Shown: piece by piece, positions 39,008 to 53,500 of the stretch | How the letters are laid out: each line of letters opens with the position of its first letter | Numbering within the stretch: position 1 is the stretch's first letter | Source: Azolla caroliniana | Lineage: Eukaryota; Plantae; Polypodiophyta | Length of the DNA stretch: 64,000 bases | Assembly: GCA_043228905.1 (NCBI GenBank) | Contig: JBHGNT010000032.1 | Span: 124,001 to 188,000 of the forward strand | Direction: 5' to 3' | The notes under the pieces: generated by a model | Seen by the model: the letters and a program-made list of their open reading frames with translations, nothing else | Told to the model about the DNA's origin: nothing | The model's database searches: none | Translations under genes and position numbers: made by a program

Positions 39008-41899
39008 GCATGTTTGAACACAAAAATCCGATATCACACGAGCCAGGTATGAACACTTTAATTTACTCAAGGGCTCCTCTCAACTCCCTCCTCAAGTTTG
39101 CTATTTTCGTCATGTCTCTTGACCTGAGTTTCAAAATCTTGATTTTTTAATTCCATATCATACCTCACGTAGTTGGCTTCGATTCGCATGTTTGAACACA
39201 AAAATCCGATATCACACGAGCCAGGTATGAACATTTTAATTACATAAGGGCTCCTCTCAACTCCCTCCTCAAGTTTGCTATTTTCGTCATGTCTCTCGAC
39301 CTGAGTTTCAAAATCTTGATTTTTTAATTCCATATCATAGCTAGCGTTTCAAGATTCGATTTGCATGTTTGAACACAAAAATCCGATATCACACGAGCCA
39401 GGTATGAACATTTTTATTTACTCAAGGGCTCCTCTCAACTCCCTCCTCAAGTTTGCTATTTTCGTCATGTCTCTCGACCTGAGCTTCAAAATCTTGATTT
39501 TATAATTCCATATCATAGCTCGCGTTGTTGGCTTCGATTCGCATGTTTGAACACAAAAATCCGATATCACACGAGCCAGGTATGAACATTTTAATTTACT
39601 CAAGGGCTCCTCTCAACTCCCTCCTCAAGTTTGCTATTTTCGTCATGTCTCTCGACCTGAGTTTGAAATTCTTGATTTTTTAATTCCATATCATAGCTAG
39701 CGTCGTTAGCTTCGATTTGCATGTTTGAACACAAAAATCCGATATCACACGACCCAGGTATGAACATTTTAATCTACTCAAGGGCTCCTCTCAACTCCCT
39801 CCTCAAGTTTGCTATTTTCATCATGTCTCTCGACCTGAGTTTCAAAATCTTGATTCTTTAATTCCATATCATAGCTCGCGTTGTTGGCTTCGATTTGCAT
39901 GTTTGAACACAAAAATCCGATATCACACGAGCCAGGTATGAACATTTTAATTTACTCAAGGGCTCCTCTCAACTCCCTCCTCAAGTTTGCTATTTTCGTC
40001 ATGTCTCTCGACCTGAGTTTCAAAATCTTGATTTTTTAATTCCATATCATACCTCACGTAGTTGGCTTCGATTCGCATGTTTGAACACAAAAAGCCGATA
40101 TCACACGAGCCAGGTATGAACATTTTAATTACTTAAGGGCTCCTCTCAACTCCCTCCTCAAGTTTGCTATTTTCGTCATGTCTCTCGACCTGAGTTTCAA
40201 AATCTTGATTTTTTAATTCCATATCATACCTCACGTAGTTGGCTTCGATTCGCATGTTTGAACACAAAAATCCGATATCACACGAGCCAGGTATGAACAT
40301 TTTAATTAACTCAAGGGCTGTTCTCAACTCACTCCTCAAATTTGCTATTTTCGTCATGTCTCTCGACCTGAGTTTCAAAATCTTGATTTTTTAATTCCAT
40401 ATCATAGCTCGCGTTGTTGGCTTCGATTCGCATGTTTGAACACAAAAATCCGATATCACACGAGCCAGGTATGAACACTTTAATTTACTCAAGGGCTCCT
40501 CTCAACTCCCTCCTCAAGTTTGCTATTTTCGTCATGTCTCTTGACCTGAGTTTCAAAATCTTGATTTTTTAATTCCATATCATACCTCACGTAGTTGGCT
40601 TCGATTCGCATGTTTGAACACAAAAATCCGATATCACACGAGCCAGGTATGAACATTTTAATTACATAAGGGCTCCTCTCAACTCCCTCCTCAAGTTTGC
40701 TATTTTCGTCATGTCTCTCGACCTGAGTTTCAAAATCTTGATTTTTTAATTCCATATCATAGCTAGCGTTTCAAGATTCGATTTGCATGTTTGAACACAA
40801 AAATCCGATATCACACGAGCCAGGTATGAACATTTTTATTTACTCAAGGGCTCCTCTCAACTCCCTCCTCAAGTTTGCTATTTTCGTCATGTCTCTCGAC
40901 CTGAGCTTCAAAATCTTGATTTTATAATTCCATATCATAGCTCGCGTTGTTGGCTTCGATTCGCATGTTTGAACACAAAAATCCGATATCACACGAGCCA
41001 GGTATGAACATTTTAATTTACTCAAGGGCTCCTCTCAACTCCCTCCTCAAGTTTGCTATTTTCGTCATGTCTCTCGACCTGAGTTTGAAATTCTTGATTT
41101 TTTAATTCCATATCATAGCTAGCGTCGTTAGCTTCGATTTGCATGTTTGAACACAAAAATCCGATATCACACGACCCAGGTATGAACATTTTAATCTACT
41201 CAAGGGCTCCTCTCAACTCCCTCCTCAAGTTTGCTATTTTCATCATGTCTCTCGACCTGAGTTTCAAAATCTTGATTCTTTAATTCCATATCATAGCTCG
41301 CGTTGTTGGCTTCGATTTGCATGTTTGAACACAAAAATCCGATATCACACGAGCCAGGTATGAACATTTTAATTTACTCAAGGGCTCCTCTCAACTCCCT
41401 CCTCAAGTTTGCTATTTTCGTCATGTCTCTCGACCTGAGTTTCAAAATCTTGATTTTTTAATTCCATATCATACCTCACGTAGTTGGCTTCGATTCGCAT
41501 GTTTGAACACAAAAAGCCGATATCACACGAGCCAGGTATGAACATTTTAATTACTTAAGGGCTCCTCTCAACTCCCTCCTCAAGTTTGCTATTTTCGTCA
41601 TGTCTCTCGACCTGAGTTTCAAAATCTTGATTTTTTAATTCCATATCATACCTCACGTAGTTGGCTTCGATTCGCATGTTTGAACACAAAAATCCGATAT
41701 CACACGAGCCAGGTATGAACATTTTAATTAACTCAAGGGCTGTTCTCAACTCACTCCTCAAATTTGCTATTTTCGTCATGTCTCTCGACCTGAGTTTCAA
41801 AATCTTGATTTTTTAATTCCATATCATAGCTCGCGTTGTTGGCTTCGATTCGCATGTTTGAACACAAAAATCCGATATCACACGAGCCAGGTATGAACA
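39008..41899. repeat. Tandem 8-monomer duplication (1422 bp)
   Basis: ORF offsets 39067/40489, 39418/40840 and 40133/41555 equal 1422. The private CAAGATTCG variant occurs at 39354 and 40776. The junction lies within 40430-40477. Confidence 0.9.
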
Positions 41900-42979
41900 T
41901 TTTAATTTACTCAAGGGCTCCTCTCAACTCCCTCCTCAAGTTTGCTATTTTCGTCATGTCTCTCGACCTGAGTTTGAAATTCTTGATTTTTTAATTCCAT
42001 ATCATAGCTAGCGTTGTTAGCTTCGATTTGCATGTTTGAACACAAAAATCCGATATCACACGACCCAGGTATGAACATTTTAATCTACTCAAGGGCTCCT
42101 CTCAACTCCCTCCTCAAGTTTGCTATTTTCTTCATGTCTCTCGACCTGAGTTTCAAAATCTTGATTTTTTAATTCCATATCATAGCTAGCGTTTCAAGCT
42201 TCGATTTGCATGTTTGAACACAAAAATCCGATATCACACGAGCCAGGTATGAACATTTTAATTTACTCAAGGGCTCCTCTCAACTCCCTCCTCAAGTTTG
42301 TTATTTTCGTCATGTCTCTCGACCTGAGTTTCAAAATCTTGATTTTTTAATTCCATATCAGAGCTCGCGTTGTTGGCTTCGATTCGCATGTTTGAACACA
42401 AAAATCCGATATCACACGAGCCAGGTATGAACATTTTAATTTACTCAAGGGCTCCTCTCAACTCCCTCCTCAAGTTTGCTATTTTCGTCATGTCTCTCGA
42501 CCTGAGTTTGAAATTCTTGATTTTTTAATTCCATATCATAGCTAGCGTTGTTAGCTTCGATTTGCATGTTTGAACACAAAAATCCGATATCACACGACCC
42601 AGGTATGAACATTTTAATCTACTCAAGGGCTCCTCTCAACTCCCTCCTCAAGTTTGCTATTTTCTTCATGTCTCTCGACCTGAGTTTCAAAATCTTGATT
42701 TTATAATTCCATATCATAGCTAGCGTTTCAAGCTTCGAGTTGCATGTTTGAACACAAAAATCCGATATCACACGAGCCAGGTATGAACATTTTAATTTAC
42801 TCAAGGGCTCCTCTCAACTCCCTCCTCAAGTTTGTTATTTTCGTCATGTCTCTCGACCTGAGTTTCAAAATCTTGATTTTTTAATTCCATATCATACCTC
42901 ACGTAGTTGGCTTCGATTCGCATGTTTGAACACAAAAATCCGATATCACACGAGCCAGGTATGAACATTTTAATCTACT

Positions 42980-45900
42980 CAAGGGCTCCTCTCAACTCCC
43001 TCCTCAAGTTTGCTATTTTCATCATGTCTCTCGACCTGAGTTTCAAAATCTTGATTTTTTAATTCCATATCATAGCTAGCGTTTCAAGCTTCGATTTGCA
43101 TGTTTGAACACAAAAATCCGATATCACACGAGCTAGGTATGAACATTTTAATTTACTCAAGGGCTCCTCTTAACTCCCTCCTCAAGTTTGCTATTTTCGT
43201 CATGTCTCTCGACCTGAGCTTCAAAATCTTGATTTTTTAATTCCATATCATAGCTAGCGTTGTTAGCTTCGATTCGCATGTTTGAACACAAAAATCCGAT
43301 ATCACACGAGCCAGGTATGAACATTTTAATTACTTAAGGGCTCCTCTCAACTCCCTCCTCAAGTTTGCTATTTTCGTCATGTCTCTCGACCTGAGTTTCA
43401 AATTCTTGATTTTTTAATTCCATATCATAGCTAGCGTCGTTAGCTTCGATTTGCATGTTTGAACACAAAAATCCGATATCACACGACCCAGGTATGAACA
43501 TTTTAATCTACTCAAGGGCTCCTCTCAACTCCCTTCTCAAGTTTGCTATTTTCTTCATGTCTCTCGACCTGAGTTTCAAAATCTTGATTCTTTAATTCCA
43601 TATCATAGCTAGCGTTTCAAGCTTCGATTCGCATGTTTGAACACAAAAATCCGATATCACACGAGCCAGGTATGAACACTTTAATTTACTCAAGGGCTCC
43701 TCTCAACTCCCTCCTCAAGTTTGCTATTTTCGTCATGTCTCTTGACCTGAGTTTCAAAATCTTGATTTTTTAATTCCATATCATACCTCACGTAGTTGGC
43801 TTCGATTCGCATGTTTGAACACAAAAATCCGATATCACACGAGCCAGGTATGAACATTTTAATCTACTCAAGGGCTCCTCTTAACTCCCTCCTCAAGTTT
43901 GCTATTTTCGTCATGTCTCTCGACCTGAGTTTGAAATTCTTGATTTTTTAATTCCATATCATAGCTAGCGTTTCAAGCTTCGATTTGCATGTTTGAACAC
44001 AAAAATCCGATATCACACGAGCCAGGTATGAACATTTTAATTTACTCAAGGGCTCCTCTCAACTCCCTCCTCAAGTTTGTTATTTTCGTCATGTCTCTCG
44101 ACCTGAGTTTCAAAATCTTGATTTTTTAATTCCATATCATACCTCACGTAGTTGGCTTCGATTCGCATGTTTGAACACAAAAATCCGATATCACACGAGC
44201 CAGGTATGAACATTTTAATTACTTAAGGGCTCCTCTCAACTCCCTCCTCAAGTTTGCTATTTTCGTCATGTCTCTCGACCTGAGTTTCAAAATCTTGATT
44301 TTTTAATTCCATATCATACCTTACGTAGTTGGCTTCGATTCGCATGTTTGAACACAAAAATCCGATATCACACGAGCCAGGTATGAACATTTTAATTACT
44401 TAAGGGCTCCTCTCAACTCCCTCCTCAAGTTTGCTATTTTCATCATGTCTCTCGACCTGAGTTTCAAATTCTTGATTTTTTAATTCCATATCATAGCTAG
44501 CGTTGTTAGCTTCGATTCGCATGTTTGAACACAAAAATCCGATATCACACGAGCCAGGTATGAACATTTTAATTTACTCAAGGGCTCCTATCAACTCGAT
44601 CCTCAAGTTTGCTATTTTCCTCATGTCTCTCGACCTGAGTTTGAAATTCTTGATTTTTTAATTCCATATCATAGCTAGCGTTGTTAGCTTCGATTTGCAT
44701 GTTTGAACACAAAAATCCGATATCACACGACCCAGGTATGAACATTTTAATCTACTCAAGGGCTCCTCTCAACTCCCTCCTCAAGTTTGCTATTTTCGTC
44801 ATGTCTCTCGACCTGAGTTTGAAATTCTTGATTTTTTAATTCCATATCATAGCTAGCGTCGTTAGCTTCGATTTGCATGTTTGAACACAAAAATCCGATA
44901 TCACACGACCCAGGTATGAACATTTTAATCTACTCAAGGGCTCCTCTCAACTCCCTCCTCAAGTTTGCTATTTTCATCATGTCTCTCGACCTGAGTTTCA
45001 AAATCTTGATTTTTTAATTCCATATCATACCTCACGTAGTTAGCTTCGATTTGCATGTTTGAACACAAAAATCCGATATCACACGACCCAGGTATGAACA
45101 TTTTAATCTACTCAAGGGCTCCTCTCAACTCCCTCCTCAAGTTTGCTATTTTCATCATGTCTCTCGACCTGAGTTTCAAAATCTTGATTTTTTAATTCCA
45201 TATCATAGCTAGCGTTTCAAGCTTCGATTTGAATGTTTGAACACAAAAATCCGATATCACACGTGCTAGGTATGAACATTTTAATTTACTCAAGGGCTCC
45301 TCTCAACTCCCTCCTCAAGTTTGCTATTTTCGTCATGTCTCTCGACCTGAGCTTCAAAATCTTGATTTTTTAATTCCATATCATAGCTAGCGTTGTTAGC
45401 TTCGATTCGCATGTTTGAACACAAAAATCCGATATCACACGAGCCAGGTATGAACATTTTAATTACTTAAGGGCTCCTCTCAACTCCCTCCTCAAGTTTG
45501 CTATTTTCGTCATGTCTCTCGACCTGGGTTTCAAATTCTTGATTTTTTAATTCCATATCATAGCTAGCGTCGTTAGCTTCGATTTGCATGTTTGAACACA
45601 AAAATCCGATATCACACGACCCAGGTATGAACATTTTAATCTACTCAAGGGCTCCTCTCAACTCCCTTCTCAAGTTTGCTATTTTCTTCATGTCTCTCGA
45701 CCTGAGTTTCAAAATCTTGATTCTTTAATTCCATATCATAGCTAGCGTTTCAAGCTTCGATTTGCATGTTTGAACACAAAAATCCGATATCACATGAGCC
45801 AGGTATGAACACTTTAATTTACTCAAGGGCTCCTCTCAACTCCCTCCTCAAGTTTGCTATTTTCGTCATGTCTCTTGACCTGAGTTTCAAAATCTTGATT

Positions 45901-48900
45901 TTTTAATTCCATATCATACCTCACGTAGTTGGCTTCGATTCGCATGTTTGAAGACAAAAATCCGATATCACACGAGCCAGGTATGAACATTTTAATTACT
46001 TAAGGGCTCCTCTCAACTCCCTCCTCAAGTTTGCTATTTTCGTCATGTCTCTCGACCTGAGTTTCAAAATCTTGATTTTTTAATTCCATATCATAGCTAG
46101 CGTTTCAAGCTTCGATTTGCATGTTTGAACACAAAAATCCGATATCACACGAGCCAGGTATGAACATTTTAATTTACTCAAGGGCTCCTCTCAACTCCCT
46201 CCTCAAATTTGCTATTTTCGTCATGTCTCTCGACCTGAGTTTCAAAATCTTGATTTTTTAATTCCATATCATAGCTAGCGTTTCAAGCTTCGATTTGCAT
46301 GTTTGAACACAAAAATCCGATATCACACGACCCAGGTATGAACATTTTAATCTACTCAAGGGCTCCTCTCAACTCCCTCCTCAAGTTTGCTATTTTCATC
46401 ATGTCTCTCGACCTGAGTTTCAAAATCTTGATTTTTTAATTCCATATCATAGCTAGCGTTTCAAGCTTCGATTTGCATGTTTGAACACAAAAATCCGATA
46501 TCACACGAGCTAGGTATGAACATTTTAATTTACTCAAGGGCTCCTCTCAACTCCCTCCTCAAGTTTGCTATTTTCGTCATGTCTCTCGACCTGAGCTTCA
46601 AAATCTTGATTTTTTAATTCCATATCATAGCTAGCGTTGTTAGCTTCGATTCGCATGTTTGAACACAAAAATCCGATATCACACGAGCCAGGTATGAACA
46701 TTTTAATTACTTAAGGGCTCCTCTCAACTCCCTCCTCAAGTTTGCTATTTTCGTCATGTCTCTCGACCTGAGTTTCAAATTCTTGATTTTTTAATTCCAT
46801 ATCATAGCTAGCGTCGTTAGCTTCGATTTGCATGTTTGAACACAAAAATCCGATATCACACGACCCAGGTATGAACATTTTAATCTACTCAAGGGCTCCT
46901 CTCAACTCCCTTCTCAAGTTTGCTATTTTCTTCATGTCTCTCGACCTGAGTTTCAAAATCTTGATTCTTTAATTCCATATCATAGCTAGCGTTTCAAGCT
47001 TCGATTTGCATGTTTGAACACAAAAATCCGATATCACACGAGCCAGGTATGAACACTTTAATTTACTCAAGGGCTCCTCTCAACTCCCTCCTCAAGTTTG
47101 CTATTTTCGTCATGTCTCTTGACCTGAGTTTCAAAATCTTGATTTTTTAATTCCATATCATACCTCACGTAGTTGGCTTCGATTCGCATGTTTGAAGACA
47201 AAAATCCGATATCACACGAGCCAGGTATGAACATTTTAATTACTTAAGGGCTCCTCTCAACTCCCTCCTCAAGTTTGCTATTTTCGTCATGTCTCTCGAC
47301 CTGAGTTTCAAAATCTTGATTTTTTAATTCCATATCATAGCTAGCGTTTCAAGCTTCGATTTGCATGTTTGAACACAAAAATCCGATATCACACGAGCCA
47401 GGTATGAACATTTTAATTTACTCAAGGGCTCCTCTCAACTCCCTCCTCAAATTTGCTATTTTCGTCATGTCTCTCGATCTCAGTTTCAAAATCTTGATTT
47501 TTTAATTCCATATCATAGCTAGCGTTTCAAGCTTCGATTTGCATGTTTGAACACAAAAATCCGATATCACACGAGCCAGGTATGAACACTTTAATTTACT
47601 CAAGGGCTCCTCTCAACTCCCTCCTCAAGTTTGCTATTTTCGTCATGTCTCTTGACCTGAGTTTCAAAATCTTGATTTTTTAATTCCATATCATACCTCA
47701 CGTAGTTGGCTTCGATTCGCATGTTTGAAGACAAAAATCCGATATCACACGACCCAGGTATGAACATTTTAATCTACTCAAGGGCTCCTCTCAACTCCCT
47801 CCTCAAGTTTGCTATTTTCGTCATGTCTCTCGACCTGAGTTTGAAATTCTTGATTTTTTAATTCCATATCATAGCTAGCGTCGTTAGCTTCGATTTGCAT
47901 GTTTGAACACAAAAATCCGATATCACACGACCCAGGTATGAACATTTTAATCTACTCAAGGGCTCCTCTCAACTCCCTCCTCAAGTTTGCTATTTTCATC
48001 ATGTCTCTCGACCTGAGTTTCAAAATCTTGATTTTTTAATTCCATATCATAGCTAGCGTTGTTGGCTTCGATTCGCATGTTTGAACACAAAAATCCGATA
48101 TCACACGAGCCAGGTATGAACATTTTAATTTACTCAAGGGCTCCTCTCAACTCCCTCCTCAAGTTTGCTATTTTCGTCATGTATCTCGACCTGAGTTTGA
48201 AATTCTTGATTTTTTAATTCCATATCATAGCTAGCGTCGTTAGCTTCGATTTGCATGTTTGAACACAAAAATCCGATATCACACGACCCAGGTATGAACA
48301 TTTTAATCTACTCAAGGGCTCCTCTCAACTCCCTCCTCAAGTTTGCTATTTTCATCATGTCTCTCGACCTGAGTTTCAAAATCTTGATTTTTTAATTCCA
48401 TATCATAGCTAGCGTTTCAAGCTTCGATTTGAATGTTTGAACACAAAAATCCGATATCACACGAGCTAGGTATGAACATTTTAATTTACTCAAGGGCTCC
48501 TCTCAACTCCCTCCTCAAGTTTGCTATTTTCGTCATGTCTCTCGACCTGAGCTTCAAAATCTTGATTTTTTAATTCCATATCATAGCTAGCGTTGTTAGC
48601 TTCGATTCGCATGTTTGAACACAAAAATCCGATATCACACGAGCCAGGTATGAACATTTTAATTACTTAAGGGCTCCTCTCAACTCCCTCCTCAAGTTTG
48701 CTATTTTCGTCATGTCTCTCGACCTGAGTTTCAAATTCTTGATTTTTTAATTCCATATCATAGCTAGCGTCGTTAGCTTCGATTTGCATATTTGAACACA
48801 AAAATCCGATATCACACGACCCAGGTATGAACATTTTAATCTACTCAAGGGCTCCTCTCAACTCCCTTCTCAAGTTTGCTATTTTCTTCATGTCTCTCGA

Positions 48901-50500
48901 CCTGAGCTTCAAAATCTTGATTCTTTAATTCCATATCATAGCTAGCGTTTCAAGCTTCGATTTGCATGTTTGAACACAAAAATCCGATATCACACGAGCC
49001 AGGTATGAACACTTTAATTTACTCAAGGGCTCCTCTCAACTCCCTCCTCAAGTTTGCTATTTTCGTCATGTCTCTCGACCTGAGCTTCAAAATCTTGATT
49101 TTTTAATTCCATATCATAGCTAGCGTTGTTAGCTTCGATTCGCATGTTTGAACACAAAAATCCGATATCACACGAGCCAGGTATGAACATTTTAATTACT
49201 TAAGGGCTCCTCTCAACTCCCTCCTCAAGTTTGCTATTTTCGTCATGTCTCTCGACCTGAGTTTCAAATTCTTGATTTTTTAATTCCATATCATAGCTAG
49301 CGTCGTTAGCTTCGATTTGCATGTTTGAACACAAAAATCCGATATCACACGACCCAGGTATCAACATTTTAATCTACTCAAGGGCTCCTCTCAACTCCCT
49401 TCTCAAGTTTGCTATTTTCTTCATGTCTCTCGATCTGAGTTTCAAAATCTTGATTCTTTAATTCCATATCATAGCTAGCGTTTCAAGCTTCGATTTGCAT
49501 GTTTGAACACAAAAATCCGATATCACACGAGCCAGGTATGAACACTTTAATTTACTCAAGGGCTCCTCTCAACTCCCTCCTCAAGTTTGCTATTTTCGTC
49601 ATGTCTCTTGACCTGAGTTTCAAAATCTTGATTTTTTAATTCCATATCATACCTCACGTAGTTGGCTTCGATTCGCATGTTTGAAGACAAAAATCCGATA
49701 TCACACGAGCCAGGTATGAACATTTTAATTACTTAAGGGCTCCTCTCAACTCCCTCCTCAAGTTTGCTATTTTCGTCATGTCTCTCGACCTGAGTTTCAA
49801 AATCTTGATTTTCTAATTCCATATCATAGCTAGCGTTTCAAGCTTCGATTTGCATGTTTGAACACAAAAATCCGATATCACACGAGCCAGGTATGAACAT
49901 TTTAATTTACTCAAGGGCTGTTCTCAACTCCGTCCTCAAGTTTGCTATTTTCGTCATGTCTCTCGACCTGAGTTTCAAAATCTTGATTTTTTAATTCCAT
50001 ATCATACCTCACGTAGTTGGCTTCGATTTGCATGTTTGAACACAAAAATCCGATATCACACGAGCCAGGTATGAACATTTTAATTTACTCAAGGGCTGTT
50101 CTCAACTCACTCCTCAAATTTGCTATTTTCGTCATGTCTCTCGACCTGAGTTTCAAAATCTTGATTTTTTAATTCCATATCATAGCTCGCGTTGTTGGCT
50201 TCGATTCGCATGTTTGAACACAAAAATCCGATATCACACGAGCCAGGTATGAACATTTTAATTTACTCAAGGGCTCCTCTCAACTCCCTCCTCAAGTTTG
50301 CTATTTTCGTCATGTCTGTCGACCTGAGTTTGAAATTCTTGATTTTTTAATTCCATATCATAGCTAGCGTTGTTAGCTTCGATTTGCATGTTTGAACACA
50401 AAAATCCGATATCACACGACCCAGGTATGAACATTTTAATCTACTCAAGGGCTCCTCTCAACTCCCTCCTCAAGTTTGCTATTTTCATCATGTCTCTCGA
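42980..50500. repeat. Second satellite sub-domain, irregular short HORs (for example 7-mer and 3-mer)
   Basis: Frequent GAGCTAGG, GAGCTTCAAA, TTTCAAATTCTT and TTTTCATCATG variants. The GAAGACAAAA marker occurs at 45953, 47197, 47730 and 49686 (offsets 1244, 533, 1956). Boundaries are approximate. Confidence 0.7.
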
Positions 50501-53500
50501 CCTGAGTTTCAAAATCTTGATTTTTTAATTCCATATCATAGCTAGCGTTTCAAGCTTCGATTTGCATGTTTGAACACAAAAATCCGATATCACACGAGCT
50601 AGGTATGAACATTTTAATTTACTCAAGGGCTCCTCTCAACTCCCTCCTCAAGTTTGCTATTTTCGTCATGTCTCTCGACCTGAGCTTCAAAATCTTGATT
50701 TTTTAATTCCATATCATAGCTAGCGTTGTTAGCTTCGATTCGCATGTTTGAACACAAAAATCCGATATCACACGAGCCAGGTATGAACATTTTAATTACT
50801 TAAGGGCTCCTCTCAACTCCCTCCTCAAGTTTGCTATTTTCGTCATGTCTCTCGACCTGAGTTTCAAATTCTTGATTTTTTAATTCCATATCATAGCTAG
50901 CGTTGTTAGCTTCGATTCGCATGTTTGAACACAAAAATCCGATATCACACGAGCCAGGTATGAACATTTTAATTTACTCAAGGGCTGTTCTCAACTCACT
51001 CCTCAAATTTGCTATTTTCGTCATGTCTCTCGACCTGAGTTTCAAAATCTTGATTTTTTAATTCCATATCATAGCTCGCGTTGTTGGCTTCGATTCGCAT
51101 GTTTGAACACAAAAATCCGATATCACACGAGCCAGGTATGAACATTTTAATTTACTCAAGGGCTCCTCTCAACTCCCTCCTCAAGTTTGCTATTTTCGTC
51201 ATGTCTCTCGACCTGAGTTTCAAAATCTTGATTTTTTAATTCCATATCATAGCTAGCGTTTCAAGCTTCGATTTGCATGTTTGAACACAAAAATCCGATA
51301 TCACACGAGCCAGGTATGAACATTTTAATTTACTCAAGGGCTCCTCTCAACTCCCTCCTCAAGTTTGTTATTTTCGTCATGTCTCTCGACCTGAGTTTCA
51401 AAATCTTGATTTTTTAATTCCATATCATACCTCACGTAGTTGGCTTCGATTCGCATGTTTGAACACAAAAATCCGATATCACACGAGCCAGGTATGAACA
51501 TTTTAATTACTTAAGGGCTCCTCTCAACTCCCTCCTCAAGTTTGCTATTTTCGTCATGTCTCTCGACCTGAGTTTCAAAATCTTGATTATTTAATTCCAT
51601 ATCATACCTTACGTAGTTGGCTTCGATTCGCATGTTTGAACACAAAAATCCGATATCACACGAGCCAGGTATGAACATTTTAATTACTTAAGGGCTCCTC
51701 TCAACTCCCTCCTCAAGTTTGCTATTTTCATCATGTCTCTCGACCTGAGTTTCAAATTCTTGATTTTTTAATTCCATATCATAGCTAGCGTTGTTAGCTT
51801 CGATTCGCATGTTTGAACACAAAAATCCGATATCACACGAGCCAGGTATGAACATTTTAATTTACTCAAGGGCTCCTCTCAACTCCCTCCTCAAGTTTGC
51901 TATTTTCGTCATGTCTCTCGACCTGAGCTTCAAAATCTTGATTTTTTAATTCCATATCATAGCTAGCGTTGTTAGCTTCGATTCGCATGTTTGAACACAA
52001 AAATCCGATATCACACGACCCAGGTATGAACATTTTAATCTACTCAAGGGCTCCTCTCAACTCCCTCCTCAAGTTTGCTATTTTCATCATGTCTCTCGAC
52101 CTGAGTTTCAAAATCTTAATTTTTTAATTCCATATCATAGCTAGCGTTTCAAGCTTCGATTTGCATGTTTGAACACAAAAATCCGATATCACACGAGCTA
52201 GGTATGAACATTTTAATTTACTCAAGGGCTCCTCTCAACTCCCTCCTCAAGTTTGCTATTTTCGTCATGTCTCTCGACCTGAGCTTCAAAATCTTGATTT
52301 TTTAATTCCATATCATAGCTAGCGTTGTTAGCTTCGATTCGCATGTTTGAACACAAAAATCCGATATCACACGAGCCAGGTATGAACATTTTAATTACTT
52401 AAGGGCTCCTCTCAACTCCCTCCTCAAGTTTGCTATTTTCGTCATGTCTCTCGACCTGAGTTTCAAATTCTTGATTTTTTAATTCCATATCATAGCTAGC
52501 GTTGTTAGCTTCGATTCGCATGTTTGAACACAAAAATCCGATATCACACGAGCCAGGTATGAACATTTTAATTTACTCAAGGGCTGTTCTCAACTCACTC
52601 CTCAAATTTGCTATTTTCGTCATGTCTCTCGACCTGAGTTTCAAAATCTTGATTTTTTAATTCCATATCATAGCTCGCGTTGTTGGCTTCGATTCGCATG
52701 TTTGAACACAAAAATCCGATATCACACGAGCCAGGTATGAACATTTTAATCTACTCAAGGGCTCCTCTCAACTCCCTCCTCAAGTTTGCTATTTTCTTCA
52801 TGTCTCTCGACCTGAGTTTCAAAATCTTGATTTTTTAATTCCATATCATAGCTAGCGTTTCAAGCTTCGATTTGCATGTTTGAACACAAAAATCCGATAT
52901 CACACGAGCCAGGTATGAACATTTTAATTTACTCAAGGGCTCCTCTCAACTCCCTCCTCAAGTTTGTTATTTTCGTCATGTCTCTCGACCTGAGTTTCAA
53001 AATCTTGATTTTTTAATTCCATATCATACCTCACGTAGTTGGCTTCGATTCGCATGTTTGAACACAAAAATCCGATATCACACGAGCCAGGTATGAACAT
53101 TTTAATTACTTAAGGGCTCCTCTCAACTCCCTCCTCAAGTTTGCTATTTTCGTCATGTCTCTCGACCTGAGTTTCAAAATCTTGATTATTTAATTCCATA
53201 TCATACCTTACGTAGTTGGCTTCGATTCGCATGTTTGAACACAAAAATCCGATATCACACGAGCCAGGTATGAACATTTTAATTACTTAAGGGCTCCTCT
53301 CAACTCCCTCCTCAAGTTTGCTATTTTCATCATGTCTCTCGACCTGAGTTTCAAATTCTTGATTTTTTAATTCCATATCATAGCTAGCGTTGTTAGCTTC
53401 GATTCGCATGTTTGAACACAAAAATCCGATATCACACGAGCCAGGTATGAACATTTTAATTTACTCAAGGGCTCCTCTCAACTCCCTCCTCAAGTTTGCT

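Noticed and set aside
19364-40477. Recombination hotspot within the monomer
   Set aside because: The junction windows (19364-19416, 26162-26362, 31923-32000, 40430-40477) fall in different parts of the monomer and by definition lie in identical sequence.
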